In this document: piece after piece, positions 31,179 to 32,000 of the stretch
Layout of the letters: each line of letters starts with the position of its first letter
Position numbering within the stretch: position 1 is the first letter of the stretch
NCBI GenBank assembly: GCA_016700375.1
Contig: CP065016.1
Span: forward strand, 780,001 to 812,000
DNA: 32,000 bases
Reading direction: 5' to 3'
From: Candidatus Saccharimonadota bacterium
GTDB lineage: Bacteria; Patescibacteriota; Saccharimonadia; Saccharimonadales; UBA4665
The notes under the pieces: model-generated
Seen by the model: the letters and a program-made list of their open reading frames with translations, nothing else
What the model was told of the DNA's origin: nothing
Databases searched by the model: none
Position numbers and translations under genes: made by a program

Positions 31179-31522
31179 GCTTATGCACCACTATATAATG
31201 CGCGACAATATCCATCAAGACGTAACGCTATATGTGGCCAGCCAAAACATGCGGTTAGCCACCGACAATTTACAACGAACATACCCGATTAATCTAGAGG
31301 CGCCTTTCGCAAATCTGGTTTTTTCTGTGGTAGGTTTAATCTGTGGTGAACTATGCCCGCCAAACGCTAGTATGATGTATAACTTATCCCGAGACGCCGC
31401 TGGAAGAAATTTTTATATATTTTTTCAATAAATCTATTCTCTGAAGCGTTCGTGTAATTGTTTTGTACTCTTACTATGACGCTCTCGGTAAGTACCAACA
31501 ATCGCGGGGGGTAAGCGCAGTC

Positions 31523-31551
31523 TTGTGAATACCTCCGAGCTAACGTATTAT
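31523..31551 (+). promoter_or_regulatory. TTGTGA-17-TATTAT promoter, 7 nt before the ATG at 31559
   Basis: tcTTGTGAatacctccgagctaacgTATTATttatagcATG. Confidence 0.5.
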
Positions 31552-31558
31552 TTATAGC

Positions 31559-32000
31559 ATGAGCAAAAAGAAGCGCACAGCGTCGCTTTTGGGGTTACTA
31601 CTGGTAGTATGTGCTTTTGTGCTATTGCCTACCGTACGGACTTACGCAGCTGTAAGCCCATCTTCTTACCCCGAGGATAAGGCCAAGGCGTTTTATTATG
31701 GATCCTGGTTAATTAACTGTTTTAGCAACGGCAAATACAGTATTGATATGAGTGGCGATGCCAGCGTTAATGCAATGAATGTCGGGCCAGGTGACAGCTT
31801 TGTGACGGGCCTAACGGGAGCCGATCCCAGAAAGTGTAATGATAAATCATTTGCTCTTGATGCTATCCGCCACCTAAATATACCCTGGGCTACGCCACAA
31901 GATACTTTAAACTTCTTGTGTGATATCGGAGCCAAACGGGTGAACGACGGCGAATGTAAATCACTAAGAAACGACTCACAGCTTGGACTCGACGCAAATG
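31559..32000 (+). CDS. Secreted protein of unknown function, 3' end beyond window (not in ORF track)
   Basis: My hand translation gives MSKKKRTASLLGLLLVVCAFVLLPTVRTYA/AVSPSSYPEDKAKAFYYGSWLINCFSNGKYS..., open to the window edge. It has a signal-peptide-like N-terminus and several Cys residues. Confidence 0.6.
   Translation, partial: MSKKKRTASLLGLLLVVCAFVLLPTVRTYAAVSPSSYPEDKAKAFYYGSWLINCFSNGKYSIDMSGDASVNAMNVGPGDSFVTGLTGADPRKCNDKSFALDAIRHLNIPWATPQDTLNFLCDIGAKRVNDGECKSLRNDSQLGLDAN

Overview
The gene content suggests a small-genome, Gram-positive-type bacterium, possibly CPR/Patescibacteria (Saccharibacteria-like). This is inferred from a TrbC/VirB2-like pilin paralog array, an LPXTG-type anchor, ComF, tight operons and many leaderless-type promoters; no database search was possible. 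The housekeeping backbone comprises a partial amidinotransferase/DDAH-fold enzyme, an alpha/beta hydrolase, a MurE-like ligase, TsaD, ValS and an XRE-HAD fusion. It also includes a HIT protein, a HAD phosphatase, CarB/CarA, a membrane-anchored flavin amine oxidase, ComF, Hsp20 and four tRNAs (Ser-CGA, Arg-GCG, Ser-UGA, Ser-GCU). The accessory load is heavy. A RelE/YafQ-DinJ toxin-antitoxin cassette is bracketed by a 73-bp duplication of the tsaD 3' end. Two identical 1076-bp IS copies bracket carAB, the oxidase and two tRNAs. There is also a 961-bp IS481-family element with a 7-bp TSD and a decayed IS701/IS4-like transposase. Five tandem pilin-like genes (six pilin modules) sit next to a divergently transcribed secreted protein, and a 922-aa protein combines a disordered region with repeated degenerate PP2C-like modules. 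The most unusual signal is that every tRNA gene in the window is followed within about 70-160 nt by a partial copy of a tRNA 3' end whose T-loop is altered. Three copies carry a 59-86 nt GC-rich hairpin-forming insert and one carries a 3-nt deletion. Two of these modules, behind two different tRNA-Ser genes, are 96% identical. I cannot assign this to a described element class. All functional calls rest on motif recognition by eye.
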